Source: Planktothrix sp. GU0601_MAG3 (GTDB taxonomy: Bacteria; Cyanobacteriota; Cyanobacteriia; Cyanobacteriales; Microcoleaceae). Taken from it: a stretch of 64,000 bases of DNA. Position numbers and translations under genes: made by a program. The notes below the pieces were generated by a model, which was given only the letters and a program-made list of their open reading frames with translations, was not told where the DNA came from and did no database searches. Below are positions 20,751 through 32,649 of this stretch, in pieces (the stretch's first letter is position 1; each line of letters starts with the position of its first letter). The stretch is from the NCBI GenBank assembly GCA_035193785.1, contig CP136572.1, positions 2,068,578 to 2,132,577 of the forward strand, given 5' to 3'.

Positions 20751-21418
20751 TATTCTGCTACTTTTTGATTTTCACGGGCAACTTTTAACCAAGCCAAACT
20801 AATCGTTAAACAGATATAACCTAAACCATAACCTGCGAGGATATCACCCGGCCAATGACATCTCAAATAAACACTACTAAAACCAATAATCAATAACCAG
20901 ATGGTCGCAAATCCATAAATATAGGGAGTGGCTTTAGGATACCTTTCTGCTAGAAGATAAGCGATAAAAAAATAAAACAAAATATTCCCCGTCGCATGAC
21001 CACTAGGAAAACTTCTCCCGACACATTTTACAAGTCTATCTAAAGGGCGACTACGCTCAATCATTGGCTTGAGAATTCGATCCACTAAAATCAAAATTCC
21101 CAAGGTGGAAAAAGCCAAAACTTTAGCCTCAATCCAATAGCGTTTCCAGGCTAAAAAAACCAAGGTTAAAGCCACAATTATCGCCGTCCCCTTGACCCCC
21201 GTTAATAAATAGAAAAATCTAAAAAAATCATCCCAACTAGCAGGAAAAATTTGATGGGGAATTTGAATTAAAATTTGATCTAAAGTTAAATTCTCATTAA
21301 TTGAGACTCGAATTGACAATAAAATAAATGCACATAAAATAGCCAAACAAATCCAAAATTGCTGTTTAGGAATTGCTTTTTTAAACAAAATTAATTGATT
21401 AGTTAAGGTTAAACGCAT
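20750..21418 (-). CDS. PAP2-family membrane phosphatase
   Basis: KPMIERSRP, SFPSGH and SSVYLRCHWPGD. The stop codon overlaps the start of the ArnT-like gene. Confidence 0.88.
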   Translation of the reverse strand: MRLTLTNQLILFKKAIPKQQFWICLAILCAFILLSIRVSINENLTLDQILIQIPHQIFPASWDDFFRFFYLLTGVKGTAIIVALTLVFLAWKRYWIEAKVLAFSTLGILILVDRILKPMIERSRPLDRLVKCVGRSFPSGHATGNILFYFFIAYLLAERYPKATPYIYGFATIWLLIIGFSSVYLRCHWPGDILAGYGLGYICLTISLAWLKVARENQKVAE

Positions 21419-21589
21419 TATTTTTTACGTTTATAGATCGGCAGTTAAGGAAGTTTTGATTATACAATAAGTTGAGATGCTGGGTTAATGTTAAAAAAAT
21501 AGAAATTAAAAAAGTTGTTGAGGTTTTCGAGGTATTGGAGAAAAAGAACTAGAATATCTAGTCAGGACTTCATAAGGATGGGAGAATCA

Positions 21590-23078
21590 ATGCTAGACAC
21601 CCTGGATCTAACCTTATCACTGGATAAAGAAAGCTATAAAAGCCAAATAGAAGCCTTAATGAAGGAGTTGCGATCGCTTCAACATACCTGTAGAGAGAAA
21701 AAATTACCGATTATTATTGCCTTGGAGGGCTGGGCCGCCGCCGGAAAAGGGGCACTGGTTAAAAAAATGGTGGGATATATGGATCCGAGGGGATTTGCCG
21801 TCCATCCCATTTGGCCCTCAAGCCATGAAGAATCCCGCTATCCGTTTCTCTGGCGGTTTTGGCAGAAATTACCCCCCCAAGGCAGTATTGGAATTTTTTA
21901 CCATAGTTGGTATACCTACGTTTTAGAGGATCGCCTATTTGGGAGACTGGAAGAACAGGAAGTCCCAATGGCGATGCGACAAATTAACGCCTTCGAGCGC
22001 CAACTGGTGGACGATGGGGCGGTGATGGTGAAATTTTGGATTCATTTGAGCAAAAAAGAAATTAAACAACGGCTGAAAAAAGCCTCCGAAGACGAGTTAG
22101 AAGCCTGGCGGGTGCGTTCTGAAGATTGGCAACAGGCTAAAAATTATGATACCTATAGAAGTCTAGCTGAGGAAATGGTGATTCATACCAGCACAGGTTC
22201 CGCCCCCTGGACATTGGTAGAGGGAGACTGTAAACGCTGGGCCAGGGTCAAAGTATTATCAACGGTGGTGGCATCCATAAAAGAAGCCTTAGACCGTTTA
22301 AATATTCAGTTACCCCCAGTATTTACACCCTCCCAAACCCATTTAGAACCCACGGAGCCCCACCCCTTAGCGGCGGTGAATCTAAAAGCGGTTTTATCCC
22401 CAGAAGACTACAAAACCCAATTGCGTCGTCAACAGGCTAATTTAGGTCAACTGCAACAAATTCTCTATCAAAAACAAATTCCAGTTTTAGCCCTCTTTGA
22501 AGGTTGGGATGCGGCGGGTAAGGGCGGGGCAATTAAACGATTAACTGATATTTTAGATCCCCGGAGTTATGAAGTGAACACCTTTGCCGCCCCCAACGAT
22601 GAGGAAAAAGCCCGTCATTATTTATGGCGCTTTTGGAGACGCTTACCTGCGGCGGGTAAACTGGGGATATTTGACCGCAGTTGGTATGGTCGGGTTTTAG
22701 TCGAACGGGTCGAAGGTTTTGCGACAGAATTAGAATGGCGACGGGCCTATCAAGAAATTAATGAATTTGAAGAACAGTTAACCAGCGCGGGCTATGTATT
22801 AGTAAAATTTTGGTTACATATTGACCAAGAAGAACAGTTAAAACGGTTTGAGGAAAGAAAAGAAAACCCCTATAAACTCCACAAACTCACGGAAGAAGAT
22901 TGGCGCAACCGGGAAAAATGGCCCTTATATGAAGTCGCCGCCAATCAAATGGTTTCAACGCACCCACACCCCCTACGCTCCCTGGACGTTAGTAGAAGCT
23001 AATGATAAATATTATGCTCGGGTTAAAGTGGTTGAAACCGTTGTTGAGGCAATTCGCCATCATTTAAAACATCATTAA
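21590..23078 (+). CDS. ppk2: Two-domain polyphosphate kinase 2 / polyphosphate:AMP phosphotransferase, apparent frameshift at ~22954
   Basis: Two PPK2 domains: EGWAAAGKG...YHSWY and EGWDAAGKGG...FDRSWY. The C-terminal HTPYAPWTLVEANDKYYAR is in the shifted frame. Confidence 0.9.
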
Positions 23079-23084
23079 GGGGAA

Positions 23085-23240
23085 ATTACGAATTACGAAT
23101 AGGCAATAGGCAATAGGCAATAGGCAATAGGCAATAAGCAGTTAAACTGTATATTCATGCAGGCTAAGGACACTTGCACCCCAAGGGTTTGACCATGATC
23201 CCATACCCAATTGAGAGGCGCAAGCAGTTGCCTATTGCCC
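23085..23240. repeat. AATAGGC heptamer tandem repeat, with an inverted partial copy downstream
   Basis: aattacg x2, then (aataggc) x5 at ~23098-23135, and gcctattgcc at ~23230. Confidence 0.8.
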
Positions 23241-23286
23241 GTTCCGGCGTTCCCGACTGATCTTTGATGATTCTGTTTATAACTTC

Positions 23287-24273
23287 ATGTTTGTCATCTT
23301 AACTCGAATTTTATTTCTGTTGCTAGTTGCTGCCATTGCCTTTAAAGTCTGGGAAATTTTGGGCGGTAAGGATAATAGCTTAATTAATCGTTTATTACTG
23401 ATTCTGGTTTTAGTTTTAATTTTTACTGCCTTAATCTCGCCTGATAGCCAAGTTGGGTCAGTGGTATTGGGAATTTTATCTATTTTTTTTCGTCCCCTGG
23501 GATTATCTATTTTGCTCCTATTAATTGCCTCTATTTTTATTAAAAATGGTAAAATTGACAGACCAGGGCCGAGCTTAATTTTAATTGCTTTATTAATTTT
23601 AATTTTAGCCAGTACCCCCGTCTTTGCCAACTGGCTCGCCCAACAGGTGGAAAAAGTGGCTTTAAAAACCGTACAAACGGATTTATGTTGTGGAGAACGG
23701 GCAGGAGCCATTGTATTATTAGGACGGGGAACCACAGAACCCAAATTACCCTATCGCAAACAAATTCAATTAACCGATACTGGCGATCGCATTCCCTACG
23801 CGGCGCAACTCTTTCGCCAGGATCGCGGGCCGTTTATTATTGTTAGTGCCGGCCCTCGCCATGAATTAGTTAATCCCTTAATTGAAGCCAATGATGTTAG
23901 ACAGCTTTTAGTTTATATGGGGATTCCCTCCGATAGAATTATATTAGAAACCCACGGCGGAACCACCTATAATAATGCCGTTGAAATTTATCGGATTATG
24001 AAAAACCACCGTTTAGGTCGAACCATTATTCTAGTGACTTCCGCCTTAGAAATGCGTCGAGCCAGTCTAACTTTTGCGCGAGTTGGGTTTAAAGTTGTTC
24101 CGGCTCCTACTAATTTTTATACCTTTATTCATCAGAAAAAATATATGCGTCACATTACCGGGGCTGATTTTGCGCCGAGTGCTGAAGCATTATTGCTAAC
24201 TACAAGAGTTTTAGATGAATACTTTCTAACCTTCTATTATTTTATCCGAGGTTGGTTAGTCCCCACGATCTAA
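23287..24273 (+). CDS. YdcF/ElyC (DUF218) family membrane protein
   Basis: N-terminal TM helices, then AIVLLGRG, EANDVRQLL, IILETHGGTTYNNA and ILVTSALEMRRA. Confidence 0.85.
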   Translation: MFVILTRILFLLLVAAIAFKVWEILGGKDNSLINRLLLILVLVLIFTALISPDSQVGSVVLGILSIFFRPLGLSILLLLIASIFIKNGKIDRPGPSLILIALLILILASTPVFANWLAQQVEKVALKTVQTDLCCGERAGAIVLLGRGTTEPKLPYRKQIQLTDTGDRIPYAAQLFRQDRGPFIIVSAGPRHELVNPLIEANDVRQLLVYMGIPSDRIILETHGGTTYNNAVEIYRIMKNHRLGRTIILVTSALEMRRASLTFARVGFKVVPAPTNFYTFIHQKKYMRHITGADFAPSAEALLLTTRVLDEYFLTFYYFIRGWLVPTI

Positions 24274-24275
24274 AA

Positions 24276-24551
24276 TCAAAACTTTTCCCTACCCCCATGA
24301 CTGGGTGATAAATCGGGATTTGAATAGGAAGCCAAACCATGGGAATTTCCCACAGCTACAATCAATGAGAACAGAATCAGGAATAAAAATCCCAGTATTT
24401 GCCAATCGTAATTTTTATCGGGTTTGGGCTTCTTCTCCTCTTGAATCGGTTTAACATCCACTTGAATTTGGATTTTTTTACCCTGGATTGGGCCAGCTAT
24501 TTTAATACTTTTACAAACAATTTGATCTGAGATATTATCCTTATCCGACAT
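24276..24551 (-). CDS. Small hypothetical membrane protein
   Basis: 91-aa ORF with one hydrophobic segment (WQILGFLFLILFSLIVAVG) and ggag upstream of the ATG. Confidence 0.5.
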   Translation of the reverse strand: MSDKDNISDQIVCKSIKIAGPIQGKKIQIQVDVKPIQEEKKPKPDKNYDWQILGFLFLILFSLIVAVGNSHGLASYSNPDLSPSHGGREKF

Positions 24552-24753
24552 GATGCTCCCCCGGGTGTAAGTCTTGTACCGATTCGCAAATTAACTACAA
24601 CGGGGTTGGCAAAGATTTGGGATCAAATCCCAGGAAAAAAAAATCTGTAGAGATTTGGAGACCAAAACCCTACAGTCAAAAATTACAAATTGTTTGAGAA
24701 AATTAAGCTAAATAGAAGCAAGGGAGGAAACTTGCACTCTTATTTAACCCTAA

Positions 24754-26426
24754 TTAATCATTACGGAATTTAGATAGGAAACTGCGAAGTTGTTTCCCCC
24801 GCCACATCTCGTCCACCTAAACCAAAGGCAATGGCGATCGCCACCGCTACGGCTCCTAATAACAAACCAAAGGCTAAATTGACAATATCACTGGCAATGC
24901 CCATTTGTTGTAGGGCCATAGCACCGACAAAAATAATAATAGCAATGCGAGCCGCCTGGGCTAAAAGACTCGATTGACGAGTGCCAGAACTTAAAATTAA
25001 ATCGTGGGCTAAATTGGCAAAATATAACCCAATTCCAAACACAATCACGCCAATCAATACTTGACCCGCGATCGCAATGATTTGATTGATAATTAAAGTT
25101 AAGGCAGCTAACCCCAAAATATCCGTTGCCGTCACCGCCGCAAATAACATAATACCAACCAACACCACAATTCCGATTAACTCAGAAGGAGTCCGTTGGG
25201 TTAATGTGGCAGAAACAGGAGGAACTGTATACTCGTTAGTATCCGGGGTTTCCGTGGGAGTATCCTCGTTAACAACAAGAGATTCGGGAGTATGAATCCC
25301 CAACCAGCGAAACACGTTATCAAACCCCACACTGGTCAGAATATTTGTGACCAAATTGGCGATAAAACGTCCAATAAAATAGGCAGCAATTAAAACTAAA
25401 ATTGCTAAAAAGACTTGGGGTAAGGTGTTAAAAATCTCCGTCAGCATTAAAATTGCTGGCTCGGAAATTGCCTTAACTTGCAAGGCTTCTAAGGCAGAAA
25501 TTGCCGTGGGGATCAAAATTAAAACGTAAACAATCAATCCAATAATGGAAGATGCTTTTTGATTCCCAGCGACCTGATTTAAGCCGAAACGAGTTCCGAA
25601 TTGATCAATCCCTACCGCCGCTAAAAGGTTAGTAACAATTCGACTCACCACTTGTGCTACCAGCCAACCTGCACCCGCAATTACTAATGCCGCTACCATA
25701 TTGGGCAGAATTGCCAGGATCTGATAGAGCATATTTTGGACGGGCTCTAATAATCCTTGTAACTGAAGGGTGCTCAGAATTGCTGGTAAAAATAACAGCA
25801 CCACAAACCAATACAGGGCATTCCCTAGGGTTTCACTCAGGGAAAATTTGTCGGGAGAGACAGCCTCATGATCGCTAACTTGTTGATTTAAGCGTTCATC
25901 AAGACGAAGTGTTCGGAACAATCGAATTAATAAAGTTCTGGCAATTGTGGCTAAAATCCAAGCCGCCGCAATTAAAATGGTCGCCCCCAAAATCCGGGGT
26001 AAATAGTTAGTGACTTGGTTGAGTAAATTAGTTAAGGGTGTGGACGCTGCGGTTAATTGGAGCTTATCCAGAAACGCAACGATCGCAAAGATAAAAATAA
26101 TCCAGAAAGCGAAGGTTCCTGCCCAAGATTCTACCGGAAGTTTATCTTCTGGTGCTGTGGAAACCGGAAATCCAACTAGCAATTTGGTTATCTAGGTCTG
26201 TTTTTTTAAACAGACTTTTAACTAAAGATTGAGCAAATAAGGCAATCAGGTAGCCCACCAAGAGGATGCCACAAGCAAAGGCAATATCCACTAAGGAGGC
26301 TTGACCGAGCTTCAGGTCATTAATATTGGTGGGGATAGCTAAGGGGTTGTCCTGGGCAAAATAAAGGGGGGATAGGGAGGATAATTCCTTTCCCCAAAAG
26401 GGTATTAATTGATCGGTTCCATTCAT
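24754..26426 (-). CDS. CmpX/MscS-TM-helix-repeat membrane protein, apparent frameshifts at ~26162 and ~24794
   Basis: Repeated YLPRILGA / ILPNMVAA / TLPQVFLA TM units and the C-terminal AIAFGLGGRDVAG. Both breaks fall at GAAAC/GTTTC. Confidence 0.8.
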
Positions 26427-26618
26427 AATTGTTCCAGTGACTTATGGGATGTTTTGATACTCGTGCGGTGCGGTTTGAACGAGAGTGCATCTTAAGTCTG
26501 GTGAAAATGGCAGAAAAAACCGCTAAAATTTAAGGTTTTTTTTGTTTTTTGATGCGCCCCTCGTTTATACTAAGACTCTTTCATGTTTTTCATGAAATTA
26601 ATCTGCCTATAGCTTGAA

Positions 26619-27068
26619 GTGATCATGCCATATCGTCAAGTTTTTGAACAATCTATTTTAATTTCGGCCAATTCTCGGGTGGTGGAACGGTGTTTTACGG
26701 ATTTGGAACTGATGCACCAATGGTTAAATCCGATGTTACGCTGTGAACCAATTGATGTATGGAATACAAATGTGGGGGGGCGATGTCGATTTGTGATTCA
26801 ACTTCCCCTATTTCAACCAACTTTAAAAACCGTAGTTTTAGAACGGGAACCGGGGTTAATTGTTTGGGGATTTGAAGGCTATTTTAAAGGATGCGATCGC
26901 TGGGAATGTATACCAGAAATCCAAGGAACTAAACTTTTAAATAAATTTGAATTTGAAATCCCCAATCCTCTGATTAAATTCGGTTTTAATCTCTTTGCAG
27001 CAGCCCTAACCAAAGCGGATATGGAAGCCCAATTAAAACGGTTAAAACAAGTAGCAGAAAACCTTTAA
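26619..27068 (+). CDS. SRPBCC/polyketide-cyclase-like protein
   Basis: FEQSILISA...FTDLELMHQWLNP...REPGLIVWGF...DMEAQLKRLKQVAE. Confidence 0.8.
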   Translation: MIMPYRQVFEQSILISANSRVVERCFTDLELMHQWLNPMLRCEPIDVWNTNVGGRCRFVIQLPLFQPTLKTVVLEREPGLIVWGFEGYFKGCDRWECIPEIQGTKLLNKFEFEIPNPLIKFGFNLFAAALTKADMEAQLKRLKQVAENL

Positions 27069-27110
27069 TCAGTTATCAGTTATTAATTATCAGTCTATAA
27101 TCCAAAACCA

Positions 27111-27190
27111 ATCACGGATTTAAGCGGATGACCCAGATTAACACAGATTAAAATCCGTGAAATCCGCGAAATCCTCTTAAATCCGCGATC
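27111..27190. repeat. ~80-bp palindromic dispersed repeat (ATCACGGATTT...AAATCCGTGAT family), copy 1
   Basis: Nearly identical to 49576-49656 and to the reverse complement of 31441-31508. Confidence 0.85.
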
Positions 27191-27196
27191 CAAAAT

Positions 27197-27235
27197 AAAA
27201 AGGGGTTTTTAACTCCATAGTCAAAACCCCTTTTT
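27197..27235. terminator. Likely bidirectional intrinsic terminator between convergent genes
   Basis: aaaaggggtttt...aaaacccctttt hairpin with A and T tracts on either side. Confidence 0.6.
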
Positions 27236-27260
27236 ACTATCTAAAAAATTAAAGTTTCAA

Positions 27261-27917
27261 TTATTTGCAAAGTCGCATTTGAACAGCCGGTTGAGCTTTG
27301 AGGAAAGAGATCACTTGATCTCCTAGATCCGAAACATCATTGTAGAGATTGATCAGATCCTGAACGTTAACCGTAATTGCGGTAATTCCTCGGTAGCTTA
27401 GGAGCAATTCCAAAATTGAAAGTTGACCATCCCGGGAAGATTCGCGTAAAGCGGTAATCACCTTATCAACCGCTAGATCAACCGTGCTTCCCGCAGAAAC
27501 AAATTGATTAAAAGCTCCTACCAATAATCTGCCATAGGTAGAATCTAGCAGATCATTAACAATATTATTAGGAATTTCCAGGGAGAAATTCAGTGCTTTC
27601 TGGAATTGTTCAACCTGAGCGGGAGTCAGTTTCGCTAAGGTAATCATAGAACGTAGTTGATTAGACTGTTCTCCCGTTTGAGCAAAGGTTTGTAAATCAG
27701 CAGTGGCTAAGGATATATTTGCTGGGCCATAGATCAATCTTAATTCATCAATAGCTGGGGACGGTTGGGCAAATATTCCCAAACTAATTGTTAATCCCAA
27801 TACTATCGCTAACCCGAGGGATATATATTTAGATAGACCCTGAGTAAAAAATTGATAGGGGTTACGAACACCCCGCAACCAACGCCCTGAATTTGAGTTC
27901 ATTTGTTCCTTCCTCAC
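27261..27917 (-). CDS. DUF1400-type domain protein (stand-alone, secreted)
   Basis: Signal peptide, then AIDELRLIYGPANISLATADLQTFAQTGE...GQLSILELL...ITVNV. Confidence 0.7.
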   Translation of the reverse strand: MRKEQMNSNSGRWLRGVRNPYQFFTQGLSKYISLGLAIVLGLTISLGIFAQPSPAIDELRLIYGPANISLATADLQTFAQTGEQSNQLRSMITLAKLTPAQVEQFQKALNFSLEIPNNIVNDLLDSTYGRLLVGAFNQFVSAGSTVDLAVDKVITALRESSRDGQLSILELLLSYRGITAITVNVQDLINLYNDVSDLGDQVISFLKAQPAVQMRLCK

Positions 27918-28169
27918 AAGTTAAATTGACTAACACAGTTATATTGTTGTCCCATACTATAGGTCTGTTTTACCCCTATTTAGGTTCCTGTAGATAGAGA
28001 TTTCTCAAACTGTTAGATATACTAGATCATTTGATCCAGTATGTGCCGAATTATAGCAGTATCCTGAGCCGTTGGTAGAATTTCTAAATAATTCTCTAAA
28101 TCTTGCTGTGCTTATCAAATCGCTGAAGATAGTAGGATATAATCTCGCGATCGCGCTGTTAAAATGATT

Positions 28170-28202
28170 AAAAACCAGGTTTCTTTAAGAAGCCTGGTTT
28201 TT
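28170..28202. repeat. Short palindrome (AAAAACCAGGTTTCT...AGAAGCCTGGTTTTT), REP-like or terminator
   Basis: Near-perfect inverted repeat downstream of the 28258 gene. Confidence 0.6.
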
Positions 28203-28257
28203 ATGATTAAAAATTCTCAGTTTCATTTAAAACCCCCTAAAAAGGGTATTGATTAAC

Positions 28258-29689
28258 CTAAAATTCCTCTGTTAAAAAGGGATTTTCTTTAGGAAAAGTA
28301 GGTAGATCAATTGATGCTAAAGACTCTAATTTTTTCCGTCGTTGGGGATAAATTAACGGGGCTGGCCAATTAGGACTATTTTCCTCCTGATCGGGTTCTT
28401 GCACGGCTACGGCGCTCGCAATATTAGATTTTGTTCCACCTAAATTAAAGGATTGACCCCCCATAGATTTTGTTGATTTTGATTGAATAGCTGTATCTTC
28501 TGAGGTTGCTTTTAATGAAAATAAATCGGCATATTCTGAAATAAAAGAGGCATATTCTAGGCGAATTCGCTCCAATTCCCCCTCTAAAAATCGAGGTTGA
28601 GGTGATTCTTCAACTGGGATATGATCGACTAAACCTGTTAACTCTACGGGAGGTTTAAAACCTTGTTCAGAATTTAGTTCCGATGTCAAGGATTCTAACC
28701 CGTGATCAAGGGGAATCTCCTGCCTTAATTCTGAAGATATTATATCTAAATCCTTGGAGGAATTAAGTGCATCCTCAATCAAATTCATCTGGTTATGATT
28801 CGGGTTTAAAGTCTCTGACCAAGGTTTAACGGGGGGTGCTTTTGGGACTAATAAAGTGGTAGATGGAGATAGGGATTGTTCTTCCGTAATTATTGATAGG
28901 GTTTCCAGGGTTTGTTTTCCGGTTTCAAACTGGATTTGATTTTCCAAACACCGTTCTAAAGCGACTTTAAATTGGAGGGTTTGGCGCTGTTGACGATGGA
29001 GACGCGATCGCAATTCTCGGTTACTATTTTGAGATTGAACTAACTCATGGAATTGTTCATTATAGCGTTGTTGGGTTAGGGCGGTATCCCTTTCCATTTG
29101 GGCGAGTCGAGTTTGGGTAACTTCCCATTGTTGGGTTAAGGTTTCGACTAAAACCTGTTGCTGTCGAATCACTTGATTAGCAATTTCCAACTTTTTAAAC
29201 AGTCGTTTAACTTGATCCTGTGTCGCCCCTAATTCCTGGGTACGTTGCAATAATTGTGTTTCTTGATCCTGTCGATTTTGCCGACCTTCATCTAATTCTG
29301 CTTCTAATTCAGTCACCCGATTAATTAAATCTCGGTTACATTCATGGAGAATTTGCACCACTTTTACCGGATTTTCTTCGGTTTCTCCCGCCACCGACAT
29401 CAGCGAAGCACTCGCCATTTCATTCCCCTGGGAAACCCTCAACAAATATTTCCTCTGGAACCGCTAAATCCTTACTATTAGACTGGGTTTCTGCCTGTTC
29501 TAACTCGGCAACAAACTGGGTCAATAATTCCTCTAGGGGTATAGCATTGGGGAAGTTCACCGTCTCCCACTCCTGATCCGAAGTCACCACCGGACTAACG
29601 GACTCCTCCGACGGGGGCAAGGGTGCGGATAAAGACGCTTGAGTAGGCTGATCAAACGATTCAGGAGTGGGTAGATCGGCTTCAGGCAT
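28258..29689 (-). CDS. Coiled-coil hypothetical protein, apparent frameshift at ~29434
   Basis: WETVNFPNAI N-terminus, long Gln/Glu coiled coil and C-terminal WPAPLIYPQRRKKLESLASIDLPTF. The ORFs join at GAAAC 29432-29436. Confidence 0.75.
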
Positions 29690-30039
29690 GGCGTTACCTA
29701 TTGGGGTGATGATTTTAATTCTTTAATACAGGGTGAATGTATTATTACTGATAATAAGGTAAATATAAAACTAAGTCAAGTTGGAGTTGCTATTTTTATG
29801 GGCAATGTATAGTTATTAACTAATAATTAATGTTTCTATTAATCTTGTCTTGTAGCGGTTAATATTGATGCAGTTGGCAGATCATGACTGGACTAACTTT
29901 AAGGGTTATTCAACTTGATCGGGATTGTTCCCCTAGACCAAGGTGACTCCCCCGACCGGGATTTGTGTCCACCATGAACTTTTTGGGGTTCCCATAAGAC
30001 GCTTGACTATGTAGTGTTAACACCAAAATCAAAGAAATT

Positions 30040-31435
30040 ATGACAACAACAAACTCGAAAACTTGGAGCCAACGGTTTGAGAAATCTCTGCATCCTGCGA
30101 TCGCGGAGTTTAACGCCAGTATTAGTTTTGATATCCAACTGATTGAATATGATTTGACCGGATCAGTTGCCCATGCTAAAATGTTAGCAAAAACCGGAAT
30201 CATTAGTCACGATGAAGCCGAAAAACTGGTTTTTGGTTTAGAACAAATTCGTCAAGAATATCGGGAGGGAAATTTTAATCCCGGTGTTGATGCTGAGGAT
30301 ATTCATTTTGCCGTTGAACGTCGCCTAACTGAATTAGTAGGGGATGTGGGGAAAAAACTACATACAGCTAGATCTCGCAATGATCAAGTGGGAACCGATA
30401 CCCGTTTATATTTACGCGATCAGATTCAACAAATTCGACAACAATTAGTTGATTTTCAAACGGTATTATTAGATTTAGCTGAAACTAATGTGGAAACTTT
30501 AATTCCCGGTTATACCCATCTCCAACGGGCGCAACCCATTAGTTTAGCCCATCATTTATTAGCCTATACGGAAATGTTAAACCGAGATTGGGAAAGGTTA
30601 GGAGATGTTTATAAACGGGTTGATATTTGTCCGTTAGGGAGTGGAGCCTTAGCCGGAACAACTTTTCCCATTGATCGCCATTATAGTGCGGAATTATTGG
30701 GTTTTGGTCGGGTTTATGCTAATAGTTTAGATGGAGTCAGTGATCGAGATTGGGCGATTGAATTTTTGAGTGCTGCGAGTTTAATTATGGTACATTTAAG
30801 CCGCCTCGCGGAAGAAATTACCCTCTGGGCTTCTCAGGAATTTAGTTTTGTTACCTTGACCGATAGCTGTTCCACGGGTTCGAGTATTATGCCTCAAAAG
30901 AAAAACCCCGATATTCCTGAATTGGTGCGGGGAAAAACCGGGCGGGTCTTTGGTCATTTACAAGGATTATTAGTGGTGATGAAGGGATTACCTTTAGCCT
31001 ATAATAAAGACTTACAAGAGGATAAAGAAGCCTTATTTGATGCGGTGAAAACCGTCAAAGGCAGTTTAGAATGTATGACCATTTTAATCGCCGAAGGCAT
31101 AGAATTTCGCTCTAGTCGTTTAGCGGAAGCGGTGGCGGAAGATTTCTCTAATGCAACGGATGTGGCTGATTATTTAGCCGCTCGAGGAATTCCTTTTCGT
31201 GAAGCCTATGGTTTGGTGGGAAAAGTAGTTAGAACTTGTTTAGAAGCGGGGAAATTACTCAAGGATTTAACCCTAGAAGAATGGCAACAATTACATCCTC
31301 AATTTGAAGCTGATATTTATGCCGCGATCACTCCCCGTCAAGTGGTTTCGGCTCGAAATAGTTATGGGGGAAACCGGATTTGAGCAGGTGCAACAAGCAT
31401 TACAAAATGCCCGTCAACGGTTGAATAATTGTTAG
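30040..31435 (+). CDS. argH: Argininosuccinate lyase, apparent frameshift near the 3' end (~31372)
   Basis: [23 protein letters not shown] and [12 protein letters not shown]. The corrected end reads [24 protein letters not shown]. Confidence 0.95.
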
Positions 31436-31440
31436 GAATA

Positions 31441-31508
31441 GGGATCACGGATTTAAGAGGATTTCACGGATTTCACGGATTTTAATCTGCGTAATCGTCT
31501 TAAATCCC
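31441..31508. repeat. ATCACGGATTT family palindromic repeat, copy 2 (opposite orientation)
   Basis: gggatcacggatttaagaggatttcacggatttcacggattttaatctgcgtaatcgtcttaaatccc. Confidence 0.8.
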
Positions 31509-31683
31509 TCACAGATTGCTTTATTGGTGGCTCAGACCACGAAGGAGTGATCGCTCCTTAGTCTACATAAAATAATATTTTTGTCAAGTTCGGATTATGT
31601 AGTAAAAACCGTTTATTGAATCAATATAATTAAATTTAAAATTTCGCTAAAGTGGGAAAAAAGATTAAATTTAGGTCAATATA

Positions 31684-32421
31684 ATGTCTAGTCCGATTAA
31701 TCCGCCTGAATCTGAAGTGGTAGTTTCTCAAGTTCCTGCTAGATTGTTATTAGTAGATGATGAACCGGGACTGCGAGAAGCTGTACAGGCCTATTTAGAA
31801 GATAGCAATTTTATTGTTGATACCGCTAGTAATGCCAAAAAAGGGTGGGAACTATTACAGCAAAGTTTACCCGATTTAGTAATTACTGATATTATGATGC
31901 CGGAAGTGGACGGCTATCAATTTTTACACCAAATGCGGGAAGATCCCCGTTTTAAGGCTTTACCCGTTATTTTTCTCACCGCTAAAGGTATGAAAAGCGA
32001 TCGCATCCAAGGTTATCAAGCCGGATGTGATGCCTATTTATCTAAACCGTTTGATCCTGAAGAATTGGTAGTAATTGTTAAAAATTTATTAGCCAGACAA
32101 GCAGCCCTGCGTAATAGTAGTAACGAAGGAAACCCCGATATTGCCACCTTAGCAGGTCAAATTGCCCGGATTGAAAATATGTTAAAAGGCAAAAGTGGAA
32201 TTCATCAAACTCCACCCCCGATTAAAATTGATTTAACCCCCAGAGAACAAAGTGTTTTAGATTTAGTTGCTAAGGGATTAATGAATAAAGAAATAGCCCG
32301 AGATTTAGAAACTAGCGTTCGGAATGTGGAAAAATATGTTAGTCGTCTATTCACAAAAACCGGAACTAATAGTCGGACAGAATTAGTCCGTTATGCCCTA
32401 GAACACGGTTTAACTCAATAA
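31684..32421 (+). CDS. ycf29: NarL/LuxR-family response regulator (Ycf29/Rre1-like)
   Basis: LLVDDEPGLREAVQAYLEDS receiver domain and the HTH LTPREQSVLDLVAKGLMNKEIA...NVEKYVSRLF. Confidence 0.85.
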   Translation: MSSPINPPESEVVVSQVPARLLLVDDEPGLREAVQAYLEDSNFIVDTASNAKKGWELLQQSLPDLVITDIMMPEVDGYQFLHQMREDPRFKALPVIFLTAKGMKSDRIQGYQAGCDAYLSKPFDPEELVVIVKNLLARQAALRNSSNEGNPDIATLAGQIARIENMLKGKSGIHQTPPPIKIDLTPREQSVLDLVAKGLMNKEIARDLETSVRNVEKYVSRLFTKTGTNSRTELVRYALEHGLTQ

Positions 32422-32529
32422 AGAATCTTGAAGAAAAGTTACATAAACTTAAAATTTACCAGGATTTTGACTCAAGACTAATGGGAGTCTGTTAACTTAA
32501 AGGAAGTAGATCTTAATCATTTATTTATT

Positions 32530-32649
32530 ATGATGAAAGCTTCTCAACCCCCAAACAAACCAGAACGACAATCCATCGGGATGATTGTTCTGTTCTTTCT
32601 TTTAATGATGGGAATTTTAGCAATGATGATTCTCAAAGGCGGAGTCTAA
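32530..32649 (+). CDS. Putative 39-aa single-pass membrane microprotein
   Basis: MMKASQPPNKPERQSIGMIVLFFLLMMGILAMMILKGGV*, below the ORF-track size cut-off. Confidence 0.5.
   Translation: MMKASQPPNKPERQSIGMIVLFFLLMMGILAMMILKGGV

Noticed and set aside
31524..31560. Possible sRNA (two small hairpins upstream of ycf29)
   Set aside because: There is no match to an RNA family I can recognise, and short hairpins alone are insufficient evidence.
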